Positions 63,406 through 64,000 of a stretch of DNA of 64,000 nt are shown in pieces; positions within the stretch are counted from its first letter, which is position 1; each line of letters opens with the position of its first letter. The stretch covers positions 54,817-118,816 of the forward strand of contig NMRA01000776.1 in the NCBI GenBank assembly GCA_002633005.1. Direction: 5' to 3'. Source of the stretch: Phoronis australis. Its lineage: Eukaryota; Animalia; Phoronida. Position numbers and translations under genes: made by a program. The notes below the pieces were generated by a model, which did no database searches, was not told the origin of the DNA, and worked only from the letters and a program-made list of their open reading frames with translations.

Positions 63406-63695
63406 CCGTCTTTGACTTTCTAGCAAGAAATATTGCTCCTGTGAAAGAAGTATCGTTATTAAACCAAATATGTATCGTGAGTGTAGTTGGTTTCAAGTCA
63501 TGATCCTCAGCAACTAAAGTTTACCCGGGCAAGTTTTATCGTTGCACGACTGTATCATCGAGCTTGACCCTTTACAGTCTTCGCCGCCAAGTTTAGGCTC
63601 AGGTGCGTTGCAAGCCCTCGTGCGGCTAACTTGTCCTCCACCGCAGGTCTGAGAACAAGACTCCCAAGCACTCCAACTACTCCAGACACCGTCGA
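63406..63695 (-). CDS. Exons of a thrombospondin type-1 repeat protein (gene extends beyond the right edge)
   Basis: Exon 63525-63695 (171 nt, phase 1-1): VDGVWSSWSAWESCSQTCGGGQVSRTRACNAPEPKLGGEDCKGSSSMIQSCNDKTCP. Candidate 33-nt exon 63406-63438 (GAIFLARKSKT) with cag/gtaag sites. Confidence 0.8.
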
Positions 63696-64000
63696 CTGAA
63701 ATAAGGAGTTTGTTCAGTTAGTGTGATAACTCAGACTTTGTCTACACTGAAAGCATACCAATACCCTAAACGTATTATGATGACTTGAGGTCGTAATACC
63801 AACAAGTTGGCCAAGTTCGAATGTCAATCATTGTTTTATTACACGAGTAAATCTTTAAAAAATATGGGAGAAATCTGTTGCAAAAAATAAAATTCAATAG
63901 TATGACTGTGACTCGTTGGGGTGGTCATCCAGAACCAGTGTTGTCACCGTTTTTCATATGTTGTACACTTTCTACATGTTTAAAGCTCTTGTCAGCGGAT

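Overview
Eukaryotic, AT-rich, repeat-rich genomic DNA, most likely from a marine invertebrate draft assembly. Single 'n' joins occur at 3438, 5884, 20980, 22337, 29521 and 58850; four of them separate overlapping, slightly diverged copies that look like uncollapsed haplotypes. Two spliced genes sit head-to-head. HSD17B4/MFE-2 is on the minus strand (8499-29936): 19 coding exons can be traced, one expected exon is probably lost in the gap at 20980, and the protein ends in the peroxisomal signal AKL. KXD1 is on the plus strand (32484-34752, 3 coding exons, ~145 aa). Exons of a thrombospondin type-1 (TSP1) repeat gene enter from the right edge; one has an in-frame TGA at a conserved Cys position. 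The rest is layered transposon remnants: Helentron-type repeats, a decayed hAT element with a 5-bp target-site duplication (TSD), a Tx1/L1-like LINE interrupted by a 5-kb TTAA-targeted element with terminal inverted repeats (TIRs) and unusual GTA...TAC ends, an ISL2EU-like element (SAP-YqaJ convergent with THAP), MITEs, tRNA-derived SINE heads and a Penelope-type minimal hammerhead-like motif. No prokaryotic system or CRISPR array is supported. All calls were made by eye and from recalled family motifs; no searches were run.
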